Assembly (NCBI GenBank): GCA_027334565.1
Contig: DAHWUP010000004.1
Coordinates: 15,138-79,137 of the forward strand
Direction of reading: 5' to 3'
DNA length: 64,000 nt
Source: Candidatus Levyibacteriota bacterium
Lineage (GTDB): Bacteria > Patescibacteriota > Microgenomatia > Levybacterales > UBA12049
Position 1 is the first letter of the stretch; every line of letters begins with the position of its first letter. The position numbers were made by a program, and so were the translations under genes. Below, piece after piece: positions 1 through 8,663 of this stretch. The notes beneath the pieces are model-generated. The model searched no databases and was not told where the DNA came from. It worked only from the letters and a program-made list of their open reading frames with translations.

Positions 1-45
1 CGTATCGTTTGTGACCGTTCCTGTATTTTGTAAATCTTCGTTCAT
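1..45 (-). CDS. N-terminus of a CDS running off the window edge (MNEDLQNTGTVTNDT...)
   Basis: ATG at 45-43 and open frame to position 1; TTGACT/TAAACT-like promoter about 100 nt upstream. Confidence 0.45.
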   Translation of the reverse strand, partial: MNEDLQNTGTVTNDT

Positions 46-242
46 AAATTATATTTTAAGCAACCGATAATGAAGGAAAACAATTACTAGCTGTAATTAT
101 TCCAGCCGGTGGATCAGGGTACTTAGCTCCTCCACATTACCAGTTTATGCATATTTTGGCGATTAAGTCAATAAATGCAATCCAAATAATCAAAATGCAA
201 CCGGTTCAGGGCAGCGATATTAACTATTTTGTTAGGTGGAAG

Positions 243-329
243 CGGAGGAGGTGAGATTCGAACTCACGATTCCTTATACGGAATGGCGGTTTAGTAAACC
301 GCTGCACTAGGCCGCTATGCGACTCCTCC
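243..329 (-). tRNA. tRNA-Ser, anticodon ACT (long variable arm, no encoded CCA)
   Basis: Acceptor GGAGGAG/CTCCTCC, discriminator G; anticodon arm GCGGT-TTACTAA-ACCGC; variable stem ATTCC/GGAAT; T-loop TTCGAAT. Confidence 0.9.
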
Positions 330-960
330 TTAGCTTACTAGCTGATTCTCCAAACTGTTCATAAATCCCTATCAACTTAAGTTGAATTGTATAATCAGAG
401 TATCTTATAGTGCAGGTTCCCATATAATCTTTTCTACGTTTCTTGCCATTTGCAATTGTAACAGTCGGTTTCATAAATTGAGAAGCCGGTATATCCAATA
501 TATTACTCCAGTATGTTTTAAGCTTACTAAAGTTTTGCCCAGAATGTATTTGTAATTTGACCCTGAATTTTGATTCGTTTAAAGTAAAACCGGATCTTAG
601 CAGTTTAATGAATGTTTCAAGTAAAAGCGGGTCGGAATTTGTCAGGTCAAGTTTATTGGTCGATGGGTATTTTGATCCCTCGCACCAGTAAATAATTGAA
701 GCCAATATTTTGGCTGCATTCTTATTTAAATAATTAAAGTTTTTTAGCGACTTGATTTCCGATTGTTTTATACTGTTTCTTTTTCTAAAGTTCGTGTTTA
801 GCAGTGTGTCCCGTCTTGCTCCTATAAATTCATTTTTACACCAGTTCCTGATAGTACTTGCGGGTATTCCGGTAATTTTTTGAAGTTGGGCAAACGAATA
901 TTTATATCGGGTTCTTAGCGATAAAGCTTTTTCTATTTCTATGTCTTTATATCTCTTCAT
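307..960 (-). CDS. N-terminal HTH + single LAGLIDADG-like domain protein (tRNA-overlapping)
   Basis: HTH-like SFAQLQKITGIPASTIRNW; LAGLIDADG-like helix LASIIYWCEGSK, then NSDP, YWS..IP..F, Y.GT motifs shared with 28590..29288. Confidence 0.75.
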   Translation of the reverse strand: MKRYKDIEIEKALSLRTRYKYSFAQLQKITGIPASTIRNWCKNEFIGARRDTLLNTNFRKRNSIKQSEIKSLKNFNYLNKNAAKILASIIYWCEGSKYPSTNKLDLTNSDPLLLETFIKLLRSGFTLNESKFRVKLQIHSGQNFSKLKTYWSNILDIPASQFMKPTVTIANGKKRRKDYMGTCTIRYSDYTIQLKLIGIYEQFGESASKLRRSRIAA

Positions 961-961
961 G

Positions 962-1046
962 CGGAGGGTACAGGATTCGAACCTGTGGACGGCTATTCAC
1001 CGTCACGGCTTAGCAAGCCGCTCTATTACCACTCTAGCAACCCTCC
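962..1046 (-). tRNA. tRNA-Ser(GCT)
   Basis: Acceptor GGAGGGT/ACCCTCC, discriminator G; anticodon loop TTGCTAA; long variable arm; TTCGAAT T-loop. Confidence 0.95.
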
Positions 1047-1087
1047 TGGTTAAAAAATTATATCATAAAACCCCTCTGCCGGACTAA

Positions 1088-1648
1088 TTAAACTTCATAG
1101 GAGTAGATCTTGCCGGGGACATTTTCGTAAGAGCACATTTCTTCAATCGGAAGATGTTCGAAGTATCCCCGCATCGGCCTGATCGAATTGCCATGGGCGG
1201 ATATAAAAACGATATCGGTTGGTTTTAGTGTCGGCAGGACGTCTTCTAAAAAGGAAAGCACTCTTACTTCGACCATGGCGATGCTCTCGCCGTTCGGCGG
1301 TGGAACATCGTAGGAGCGGTGCCACAATTTATATTTATCCGGCATTTGCTTTTCAATTTCGTCCTTGTTTTTGCCGGTCAGATCGCCGTAATCCCGCTCC
1401 TTGATCCTTGGGTCGGTTACGATCTCCACTTCCGGATGGTACCTTTCTAGAACCAGCGAAAGGGTGTGTTGTGAACGGATCAGGTCTGATTGGTAAGCTT
1501 TGGTTACCGGCTCGTTTTTCAGTTGTTCTCCGACCCCGTTTGCCTCCTCGACCCCTGCTTTGGTCAAATCGGATTGGCGGAATCCTGAGAAAGTATGGGT
1601 TAGATTATCTTCGGTTTCGCCGTGTCTGAAAATAAAAATTTTTGCCAT
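1088..1648 (-). CDS. gpmA: Histidine phosphatase family, 2,3-BPG-dependent phosphoglycerate mutase-like
   Basis: RHGET motif, ERDYGDLTG, RSYDVPPPNGES, AHGNSIR. Confidence 0.8.
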   Translation of the reverse strand: MAKIFIFRHGETEDNLTHTFSGFRQSDLTKAGVEEANGVGEQLKNEPVTKAYQSDLIRSQHTLSLVLERYHPEVEIVTDPRIKERDYGDLTGKNKDEIEKQMPDKYKLWHRSYDVPPPNGESIAMVEVRVLSFLEDVLPTLKPTDIVFISAHGNSIRPMRGYFEHLPIEEMCSYENVPGKIYSYEV

Positions 1649-1712
1649 TATTGCTTAGATGTTGGTTACTGGTACTAGATAAGTATAGAACAATAATTCC
1701 GAATCGTAAATC

Positions 1713-2405
1713 ATGAGTCTTTTGGATTTTGTTTTTCCCAAAGGCTGTGTAGTATGTAGGAAGCAAGGGAGTTACCTCTGCGATAGGTGTTTTACACTCT
1801 TTACCTTTGACACTAAAAATTTATGCCTTGTCTGCAATCGTCCGACTTACAATAACTTAACGCATCCGGTTTGTAAAAAAAGATATTCAATTAACGGTTG
1901 TTTTTCGGCCCTTTCCTACAACAAAACGGTGCAAAAATTAATTTTTAGTTTCAAATATAAACCTTACCTGACCGATATTAAAACCACGTTAGTTGATTTG
2001 TTTTATGAAAACCTGATTCAAAATGAATATTTCTCAAAATTAATAAGTCAAGATAAATGGGTTTTGGTGCCAATTCCATTTTCAAAAACCAAACTTCGAA
2101 AGCGCGGATATAACCAGGCGGAAATTCTGGCCGAAGAATTGGGAAAGCGACTTGACCTCAAAACACAGAATTTATTAAGAAGAATTAAAGATACAAAAAC
2201 CCAAGTCGGCAGATCGAGCGTGGATAGGAAGCTGAATATCAAGGGGGCGTTTGCCCTAAGAAACCAAAACTTCAAACTCAAAAATCAAAACATATTGCAT
2301 ATTGACGACGTGGTCACCACCGGTTCAACTTTAAATGAAGCGGCCAACGTTTTAAAAAGGGCTGGCGTCAAAAAGGTGGTCGGATTGACCCTGGCCAGAG
2401 ACTGA
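1713..2405 (+). CDS. comF: ComF family competence protein (Zn ribbon + PRTase fold)
   Basis: N-terminal CxxC motifs, RGYNQA, IDDVVTTGST. Confidence 0.9.
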   Translation: MSLLDFVFPKGCVVCRKQGSYLCDRCFTLFTFDTKNLCLVCNRPTYNNLTHPVCKKRYSINGCFSALSYNKTVQKLIFSFKYKPYLTDIKTTLVDLFYENLIQNEYFSKLISQDKWVLVPIPFSKTKLRKRGYNQAEILAEELGKRLDLKTQNLLRRIKDTKTQVGRSSVDRKLNIKGAFALRNQNFKLKNQNILHIDDVVTTGSTLNEAANVLKRAGVKKVVGLTLARD

Positions 2406-2634
2406 TTAAATTTGGAAAACAAATACCGATGATTAGGAATAAGGATATAAAGAATATAAAACTTCAAAAATTTAAATCACAAACAGTCTTTTGTTCCAAG
2501 GGTGACTTGGAACCATCCCCGAGACGAACGCGGTGACACCGAGTAAAAATCTATCCGGATGTAACCTCTGACAATGTTAATGCCTCTGGGAGGCGATATG
2601 TTCTGTCAAAAGTAATCCGCCCGCGTCATACCAT

Positions 2635-2665
2635 AAAAAAACCCTGAACACTATGTCAGGGTTTT
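2635..2665 (-). terminator. Intrinsic terminator of tmRNA
   Basis: AAAACCCTGA...TCAGGGTTTT hairpin followed by a T-run on the minus strand just 3' of ssrA. Confidence 0.75.
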
Positions 2666-2668
2666 ATG

Positions 2669-3031
2669 TGGAGATGTCCGAGAATGACCCGGAGTCCAAG
2701 AATGCGTTTAAAAAAATCTACAAGCTTATTCTGCCTTTAAGAGTCGCCTTATTCTTTTCCGGTAGAAGGGAATAAATAAGACCAAGATTATAAATTCAAT
2801 AAGGACCCAATCAGATTCCTTATCAAGTTCCCGACTTTGTTTATGCTCAAAAAATCTCATCGGGAGAAGATTTGATGAACACCTCAAATTACTTAAGCGT
2901 ATGCGTAAGCAAATTGCGGGCTAAAACGTGAAGTTCTAGCATTTAATTTTTGATTCTTGTTTTACGGCTACTAATCAAAGCCGGCTTGCATTTTTTAAAG
3001 TGCTAAATCCTGTCGATGCAATTGCATCCCC
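2669..3031 (-). ncRNA. ssrA: tmRNA; tag peptide ARTSRFSPQFAYAYA* (2940..2893)
   Basis: 5' GGGGATG...TCGAC pairs with 3' CATCTCCA (G3-U pair); internal tag ORF ending AYAYA-stop; directly downstream of smpB. Confidence 0.95.
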
Positions 3032-3113
3032 GTGGCTAGTATTATACCCCATTTAAATACCGAAAGTCAACTTTTCTAAGCCCTGTTTAAGATTTTTGTG
3101 AGACCACCTAAAT

Positions 3114-3545
3114 TTAATAGAGGCCGCGCTCAAGGTTTCTTTGGATATCCCGTTTTTTGATGGTTTCCCTCTTTTCGTATCTTTTTTTACCCTTTCCTAA
3201 AGCCAGCTCGAGCTTGACGAAGCCGTGTTTAAGGTATAGCGAAACGGGTACCAGCGAAAGACCGGCGCCTTCGGCCTTGGTCTTTAAGGCGATGATCTCC
3301 TTTTTGTGTAAGAGAAGTTTTCGGGTTCTTCTTTCGTCATAGCCTTTGATCTGACCGGGTTGGTAAGAAAAGATCTTGGCATTGACCAGATAGGCTTCGC
3401 TTCCGTTAATCCTGACAAAACTTCCCGAAAGATCCGCCTTGCCAAGCCTGACGGATTTTACCTCATAGCCATATAAATTGATACCGGCCTCATACCGGTC
3501 CAATAAGCGGTAATCGAAAAATGCCTTCTTATTGGTAATTTTCAT
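3114..3545 (-). CDS. smpB: SsrA-binding protein SmpB
   Basis: NKKAFFDY, EAGINLYGYEVKS, RTRKLLLHKKEI, GKGKKRYEKR. Confidence 0.97.
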   Translation of the reverse strand: MKITNKKAFFDYRLLDRYEAGINLYGYEVKSVRLGKADLSGSFVRINGSEAYLVNAKIFSYQPGQIKGYDERRTRKLLLHKKEIIALKTKAEGAGLSLVPVSLYLKHGFVKLELALGKGKKRYEKRETIKKRDIQRNLERGLY

Positions 3546-3617
3546 GGTTTATATGCGGTGGTCGGGTTTTCAAGCTTTCTTTTCACAATGATACTTTAAT
3601 TAAAGGGAAATGGCAAT

Positions 3618-5414
3618 TTATTGTAAATCGATTTCGTAAACTTTGCCGCCGGAGAGTACAAAAGCTTTTTTGTTCACTTCGTCAACATCAAGGTCTTTCG
3701 CCGATCTTAATACGCCTGCCTGATACTGCGCTTTATAGTTACCGTTTTTATCCAGTACCACTATTCGGGAATTGCCGTTATCCAAAACATAAATGTAATT
3801 GTCGTCGGCCGTGGTCACGATCCTCGTAGGGTTTAAGAATTCTTTGTCCAAACCGGTTACGGTAAAGCTTTGCGAAGCTCCGCGGTTGAACTTAACGATG
3901 TTGCCGTTGGTAGAGAGAACGTACACCGAGCTGTCAATGGCCATTGATATTGCTTTGGAAAAGTCTACGCCCGAATTATCCGGGAAATAATTAGATTTTG
4001 AATAGGTAGAATCGGCGGCAACGAACTTTAGGATCTGGTTCTGTTTTTTGTCCAGGATATACAAATTACCGTAATAGTTGGCAAATCCGCCCGGCAAAGA
4101 CCAATCGTTATTGTTGGTGATGATGCTGTTTTTGACGCTTCCGTCAAGTTTGAACGAATAAACGGCCCCTAAGGTAAGCATATAAATATTATTGCTGTCG
4201 ATTGAGAAGTACAATCCTTGATTGTTAATCTCGGCGTTTAATAAGTTGCTGTCGGACGAACTAACCGCCTTGGCCGAAACCATGTTCGGCTGCGGCCCTT
4301 GAGTTAACGACTGGTTAACTTGGTCAAGCAAGGTTTTCAATTGCTTTTCCTGCGATGAATTTTTCGGAAGCTTACCGATGTTGTCCGTTAGCAACGTTTT
4401 TGCTTGATTAAAGCTGTCCTGGGCCAAACCCTCATTCAATCCCAAGAGACTTTTTCCTTCGTTATATTTTTGCAAAGCCTGTGGATAGACGTTGTTAAAT
4501 ATCGCCTGATTTTTGGCGGTCTGCTGTTTGTTGATGGCAAACAGCACGCTTGCGACAAACACCACCAGGAGGACGCCGACGATGGTTAAAATTACTTTTC
4601 GCGGATGACTTAGTCCTCCTCCTTGAGGCATTCTGAGCCCGGACAAAACACTTGAGAACAAAGAACCGAACCGTTGCGATTTACTCGTTTCTTCCTCAAC
4701 GCTCGGGGTATAAAACGGAGATAACGCCTCTTCATCCGGTTTCACTAACTCTTCCGTTTCTTGCGGTTGGACCTTTGCTTCACCAAGATAAGATTCGTCT
4801 TCACTTTGTACGGGTGATTTATAGTTAACGACGATCGCGGCTGCGGCAGACTCGTCCTTTTCGTGTACCAGGGGGGCTAAATGTTCGGCAATCTCCGAAG
4901 GCGTGCCGGTACTAAGAAGTTCGGATAACGTTTGGCTTGAAACCGTAGATGCAAACTGTTTGGTTTGTAATATGATGATGTCATTATCCTGCAGGTATCC
5001 CGAAGCGTCTTTTAAATTCTTGGGATCGTTATCAAGCGATTCGAGTAAAGTGCCCAACTTTTCACCTCTTTTTAAAGAAACTTTACCGCCCCCCAAAAGA
5101 TATAAGTATAAAACATTTTCAACATATGAAGCTATCACAAACGAGCATGAAATGTCGGTGGGTATTTTTTCGGAAGTGGTGTTTACGGCCTGTTTAATTG
5201 ATTCTAGGGTTTTGGTCTCCAGGATGAAGAATTCCTGTTCCAGGGTATCCAAAATTTCCTTGCCTAAAACGTTAAGGTAATCTTTTTCTTCCAAGTCTTG
5301 TGTGGTTTCAAGGGAAATTACGGCAAACAGTTTGCCGGCATTGTATGCTTGTGACCATGAATAGACGCTGGGGTTGGCCACAATTTTGGCAAATGTGATA
5401 TTCGTATCAGCCAT
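3618..5414 (-). CDS. Membrane protein: degenerate PP2C-like N-domain, single TM, extracellular NHL-like beta-propeller
   Basis: N-domain with GGGKVSLKRG and SGYLQDNDIIIL; TM segment; YILD/YVLD propeller repeats; start moved to MADTN. Confidence 0.55.
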   Translation of the reverse strand: MADTNITFAKIVANPSVYSWSQAYNAGKLFAVISLETTQDLEEKDYLNVLGKEILDTLEQEFFILETKTLESIKQAVNTTSEKIPTDISCSFVIASYVENVLYLYLLGGGKVSLKRGEKLGTLLESLDNDPKNLKDASGYLQDNDIIILQTKQFASTVSSQTLSELLSTGTPSEIAEHLAPLVHEKDESAAAAIVVNYKSPVQSEDESYLGEAKVQPQETEELVKPDEEALSPFYTPSVEEETSKSQRFGSLFSSVLSGLRMPQGGGLSHPRKVILTIVGVLLVVFVASVLFAINKQQTAKNQAIFNNVYPQALQKYNEGKSLLGLNEGLAQDSFNQAKTLLTDNIGKLPKNSSQEKQLKTLLDQVNQSLTQGPQPNMVSAKAVSSSDSNLLNAEINNQGLYFSIDSNNIYMLTLGAVYSFKLDGSVKNSIITNNNDWSLPGGFANYYGNLYILDKKQNQILKFVAADSTYSKSNYFPDNSGVDFSKAISMAIDSSVYVLSTNGNIVKFNRGASQSFTVTGLDKEFLNPTRIVTTADDNYIYVLDNGNSRIVVLDKNGNYKAQYQAGVLRSAKDLDVDEVNKKAFVLSGGKVYEIDLQ

Positions 5415-5424
5415 TTTCTTTCCT

Positions 5425-5682
5425 CTATAGTATAGCAAGTGAAATCAAGAAAAGCGATGCGGCGACAAACAAAAGTGCAAAAGCGAAGGTTTTGATGAAC
5501 ATGGAGTCGTTCGAGTCATGGATTATGTGATCCATCGCAAAAATTTGTCTTAACACTACCAATAAAAACATCAGGATGAAGAAATCGGCCAACAGAAACA
5601 AGGCTTTAAAAATCGGACCGAAATTTGAAATTGCGGCAACGTTTACTAAATTCAGGCCGTTCGCAAGATTAATTTTATACAT
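5425..5682 (-). CDS. Small two-TM membrane protein
   Basis: Two hydrophobic helices; in operon order. Confidence 0.6.
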   Translation of the reverse strand: MYKINLANGLNLVNVAAISNFGPIFKALFLLADFFILMFLLVVLRQIFAMDHIIHDSNDSMFIKTFAFALLFVAASLFLISLAIL

Positions 5683-5684
5683 AA

Positions 5685-6344
5685 TTACTTTCCGATTAAA
5701 TTCTCCACCACGTGCACGGCATCCTCGGGTTTGGGTACCGCATCAAAAGTAAAGTTATCGATCGTTCCGGCTGTTTGGACCAGCACGTCGCCATAATCAA
5801 AAATAGTTCTGATTAAACCGTTCTGGGCGTAGCTAACATCCTGTACCAGGCTTAATTTGGTGGCGGCCACATCTTTGTAGACGATTCCCGAAAATTCGAT
5901 ATCGATGATCCTCCTGTCGGTAACCAGATCAAGGTTGAAATACCAGATGATAAAATTGATATACATAAAAGTGGCAAGAGCCAGGTAATAAAAAATTGTA
6001 AGTATTAATAAATAGTTGGGTGGAAGGAAGCCAGCGGCAAAGTGTAGGTATGGCAAAAGCGGTATCGCCAATAATGGCACAAATAGTAGTATGATCCCTG
6101 TTACGACCCAAGGTATATTAGTGATAAAATCCTTGCGGATGAACAGAAGTACCTTTTCGTCCTCCTCTTGGTTTTGGAAGCTGATATCGTCAGGCTTTTC
6201 GCAATAGGATGTAAACAGGTGGACCGACCCGCTGCCGTTTTCTTCCACGTGTTGGATTTTGGCAGGGGGATTATTTTCGACGACCTCTGCTGTTTTTTCT
6301 TCGGGTTCCTGAATTTTTGTGTCTGAAACAAAAACGTCCGGCAT
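5685..6344 (-). CDS. Membrane protein with bacterial PH (bPH_2) domain
   Basis: Two TMs followed by VTDRRIID...YGDVLVQTAG. Confidence 0.75.
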   Translation of the reverse strand: MPDVFVSDTKIQEPEEKTAEVVENNPPAKIQHVEENGSGSVHLFTSYCEKPDDISFQNQEEDEKVLLFIRKDFITNIPWVVTGIILLFVPLLAIPLLPYLHFAAGFLPPNYLLILTIFYYLALATFMYINFIIWYFNLDLVTDRRIIDIEFSGIVYKDVAATKLSLVQDVSYAQNGLIRTIFDYGDVLVQTAGTIDNFTFDAVPKPEDAVHVVENLIGK

Positions 6345-8146
6345 TATCTTTCTACATTATACAACGGTCCGACAATTTGTATATTCGATGGTGCTCTTAG
6401 GTTAAAGTAATTCTTAAAATCGTTTCCCGAAAAACTCACCGTTCCTGCGTCTCCCGAAACCGTGACGCCGGTGGTGTTGCCGGAACCGAAGTCAGCCGAA
6501 ACGGAGACGTTACTGACACTGTTAAACGGTGTTATGCCCCTCGACTGTAATTCCTGCTTGACCTGATCGGCGCTCCAGGTATCGGTGCCGGCCGGATTTG
6601 GTTTGTCGGTTTGATATAAATGGTTAACGGTTGAGGAATCTTTTTGCGCCAAAAGCAGCACGTTAACTATATCGGCGACATCGTCGGAGGTTAGCCAGGC
6701 AGTCCCGTTATATTGGCTTCTTGAGCCCCAGTCGCAATAAAACCAGGGGGAACTTTTATCATATGCATTATTTTGAATATCCGAAAAGCTGCCGGCAGAA
6801 CCCGACGTGGTGTCAACCGCGTCTTTGGTCCAAGAAGTTTGAGCCCAGCCGATATCGGCTGAAGTGTGGACATATCCGCCGTGTGTAGAGGAAAACCAGG
6901 CTTTAATCGGGGCACCGCCCTGGACCATCACCTGGCCGGAGGTATCGTTAACCGCTTGATCCCAGTTCCCTCCCTTGGGATTGGTCTGGAAAACCTGGCA
7001 ATATTGTGTTGCGCAAATAGACTCGGCACCGTTATTGGTTGCCGCCAGTACATATGAACGAACGGCGATTGCCTGGGCTTTTAGCGCTTCCGCCGGCCAG
7101 TTATCCGGAACCTCGTAAATTCTTTTTACGTAGTCTTCAAGACTTCCGGTCCAGATGACATTGCCTGTGTTAATTCCGTTTCCGTCGTTGACGCTTATGG
7201 TAGCGTTGAGGTTTTGGTAACTGTCGAAATTATAATATGCATGAAGGATTGTATCCGAACTTTGACCTGCCAAAGCTCTTCCGTAAGCACCGTACTGGTT
7301 TAGTCCAACCCGGTTGGGAACGCCATAGGTGAAAAAACCGAATTTGGGCGAGAAACCGGGATCTTTGCCGATATCGCTTGAACACCCGCCCTGTGTGTTA
7401 TAGGCAAAAAGAGGGATGTTAAGTCCCGAGAGTTTTGCCGCCAAGATGCTTTGCTGGATGGAGTTAAGCGAAGCAAGTTGATTGGATAGTGTTGCCTGGT
7501 AGGCTCTTGCTCCCGAGACAATTTTATCAAGCTGTGAAGACTGGGAGTCCAGATTGCTCTTTAAAGCCGTCAGGTTCGCCTCCTGCGCTTGGAGTTGTTT
7601 TTGTTTGTTTTGAAGATCCAAAATAGTCGCGGCTATGTTGGTGATGATCGCCTTATCCCTGTCGGCATTGGCCTTTTGGAATCCCAATATTTGGGTGAAC
7701 TGCGCAATCGAACCCGAAGAAAGCAGTAGTAAGAGCGGAGAATTATAATAAGATTTAATGTAATAATCTCTGACGGTTGCATTTAGGATTTCTGTTTGTG
7801 TGGCCATTTGTGCATAACCGGTGTTGATATCCTGTTGTTCCTGCGCCAAATTATTTTCGATTCCGGCAATTGTATTTTTTATTCCCTGGATTTGCGAATT
7901 TAAACTGTCAAGCTTAGACTGCAAGGGCGCGGTGGCGTTAAGTGAGGATTGCAGAGCCTGGTTAATCGACGACTCGCATTTACTGATCAGATCCTGGCAT
8001 GCGGAACCGAAACCGTTAGTGCCGCTGCAGGCATTTTGTACGTTGGAAATATCACAACTGGTGTCTTGAGCGTTTGAGGAAGGCATTAATATGACACTTC
8101 CTGCCAACAGTAAGATGAAAAAAAGCAAAAAAAGGGTCTTTTTCAT
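6344..8146 (-). CDS. Secreted coiled-coil + SpoIID/LytB domain protein (peptidoglycan lytic)
   Basis: Signal peptide, CwlO-like coiled coil, GLNQYGA, EALKAQAIAVRSY, ICATQYCQV. Confidence 0.8.
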   Translation of the reverse strand: MKKTLFLLFFILLLAGSVILMPSSNAQDTSCDISNVQNACSGTNGFGSACQDLISKCESSINQALQSSLNATAPLQSKLDSLNSQIQGIKNTIAGIENNLAQEQQDINTGYAQMATQTEILNATVRDYYIKSYYNSPLLLLLSSGSIAQFTQILGFQKANADRDKAIITNIAATILDLQNKQKQLQAQEANLTALKSNLDSQSSQLDKIVSGARAYQATLSNQLASLNSIQQSILAAKLSGLNIPLFAYNTQGGCSSDIGKDPGFSPKFGFFTYGVPNRVGLNQYGAYGRALAGQSSDTILHAYYNFDSYQNLNATISVNDGNGINTGNVIWTGSLEDYVKRIYEVPDNWPAEALKAQAIAVRSYVLAATNNGAESICATQYCQVFQTNPKGGNWDQAVNDTSGQVMVQGGAPIKAWFSSTHGGYVHTSADIGWAQTSWTKDAVDTTSGSAGSFSDIQNNAYDKSSPWFYCDWGSRSQYNGTAWLTSDDVADIVNVLLLAQKDSSTVNHLYQTDKPNPAGTDTWSADQVKQELQSRGITPFNSVSNVSVSADFGSGNTTGVTVSGDAGTVSFSGNDFKNYFNLRAPSNIQIVGPLYNVER

Positions 8147-8207
8147 GGCCAATCCATTATATCAGATGGCTTTGTTTTTATATTTGGTTTATGTTTTAAT
8201 TAAATTA

Positions 8208-8663
8208 ATGAAAGTTTATCTGGCGTCGGATCATGCCGGCTTTGAGTTAAAAAACGGTATAAAAAAATACCTCCAAAGCGAGGGGTATGATTTAGAAGAT
8301 TTAGGAAACTTGGCGTATAACCCGGAGGACGATTATCCCGAATTTATTTCCAAAGCAGCCGAAAAAATTTCCGTTTCCCCGGAAGAGCTTGCGATAGTAT
8401 TCGGTAAATCCGGCGCAGGGGAGGCGATGGTAGCCAATAAATTTAAAAATGTCAGGTGTGCGCAAGGATTTTCCCGGGAGAACGTAAGACTTGCCAGAGA
8501 GCATAACAACGCAAATGTCCTCTCGTTGGGGTCTTTGTTCATCGATTTGGAAACAGCAAAAGGGTTAGTGGACGAATTTTTAAAAACTGCCTTTTCCGGC
8601 GAATCAAGACACATTAGAAGATTAGAGGAAATTACCAAAATTGAACAAAAAAATTATGCATGA
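8208..8663 (+). CDS. rpiB: Ribose-5-phosphate isomerase B
   Basis: ASDHAGFELK, DDYP, AREHNNANVL, RHIRRL; start moved to MKVYL. Confidence 0.92.
   Translation: MKVYLASDHAGFELKNGIKKYLQSEGYDLEDLGNLAYNPEDDYPEFISKAAEKISVSPEELAIVFGKSGAGEAMVANKFKNVRCAQGFSRENVRLAREHNNANVLSLGSLFIDLETAKGLVDEFLKTAFSGESRHIRRLEEITKIEQKNYA

Noticed and set aside
2516-2545. T-box-like GGTGTCACCGCG..CGTC on the minus strand
   Set aside because: UGGN bulge altered, loop too short and no downstream same-strand gene to regulate.
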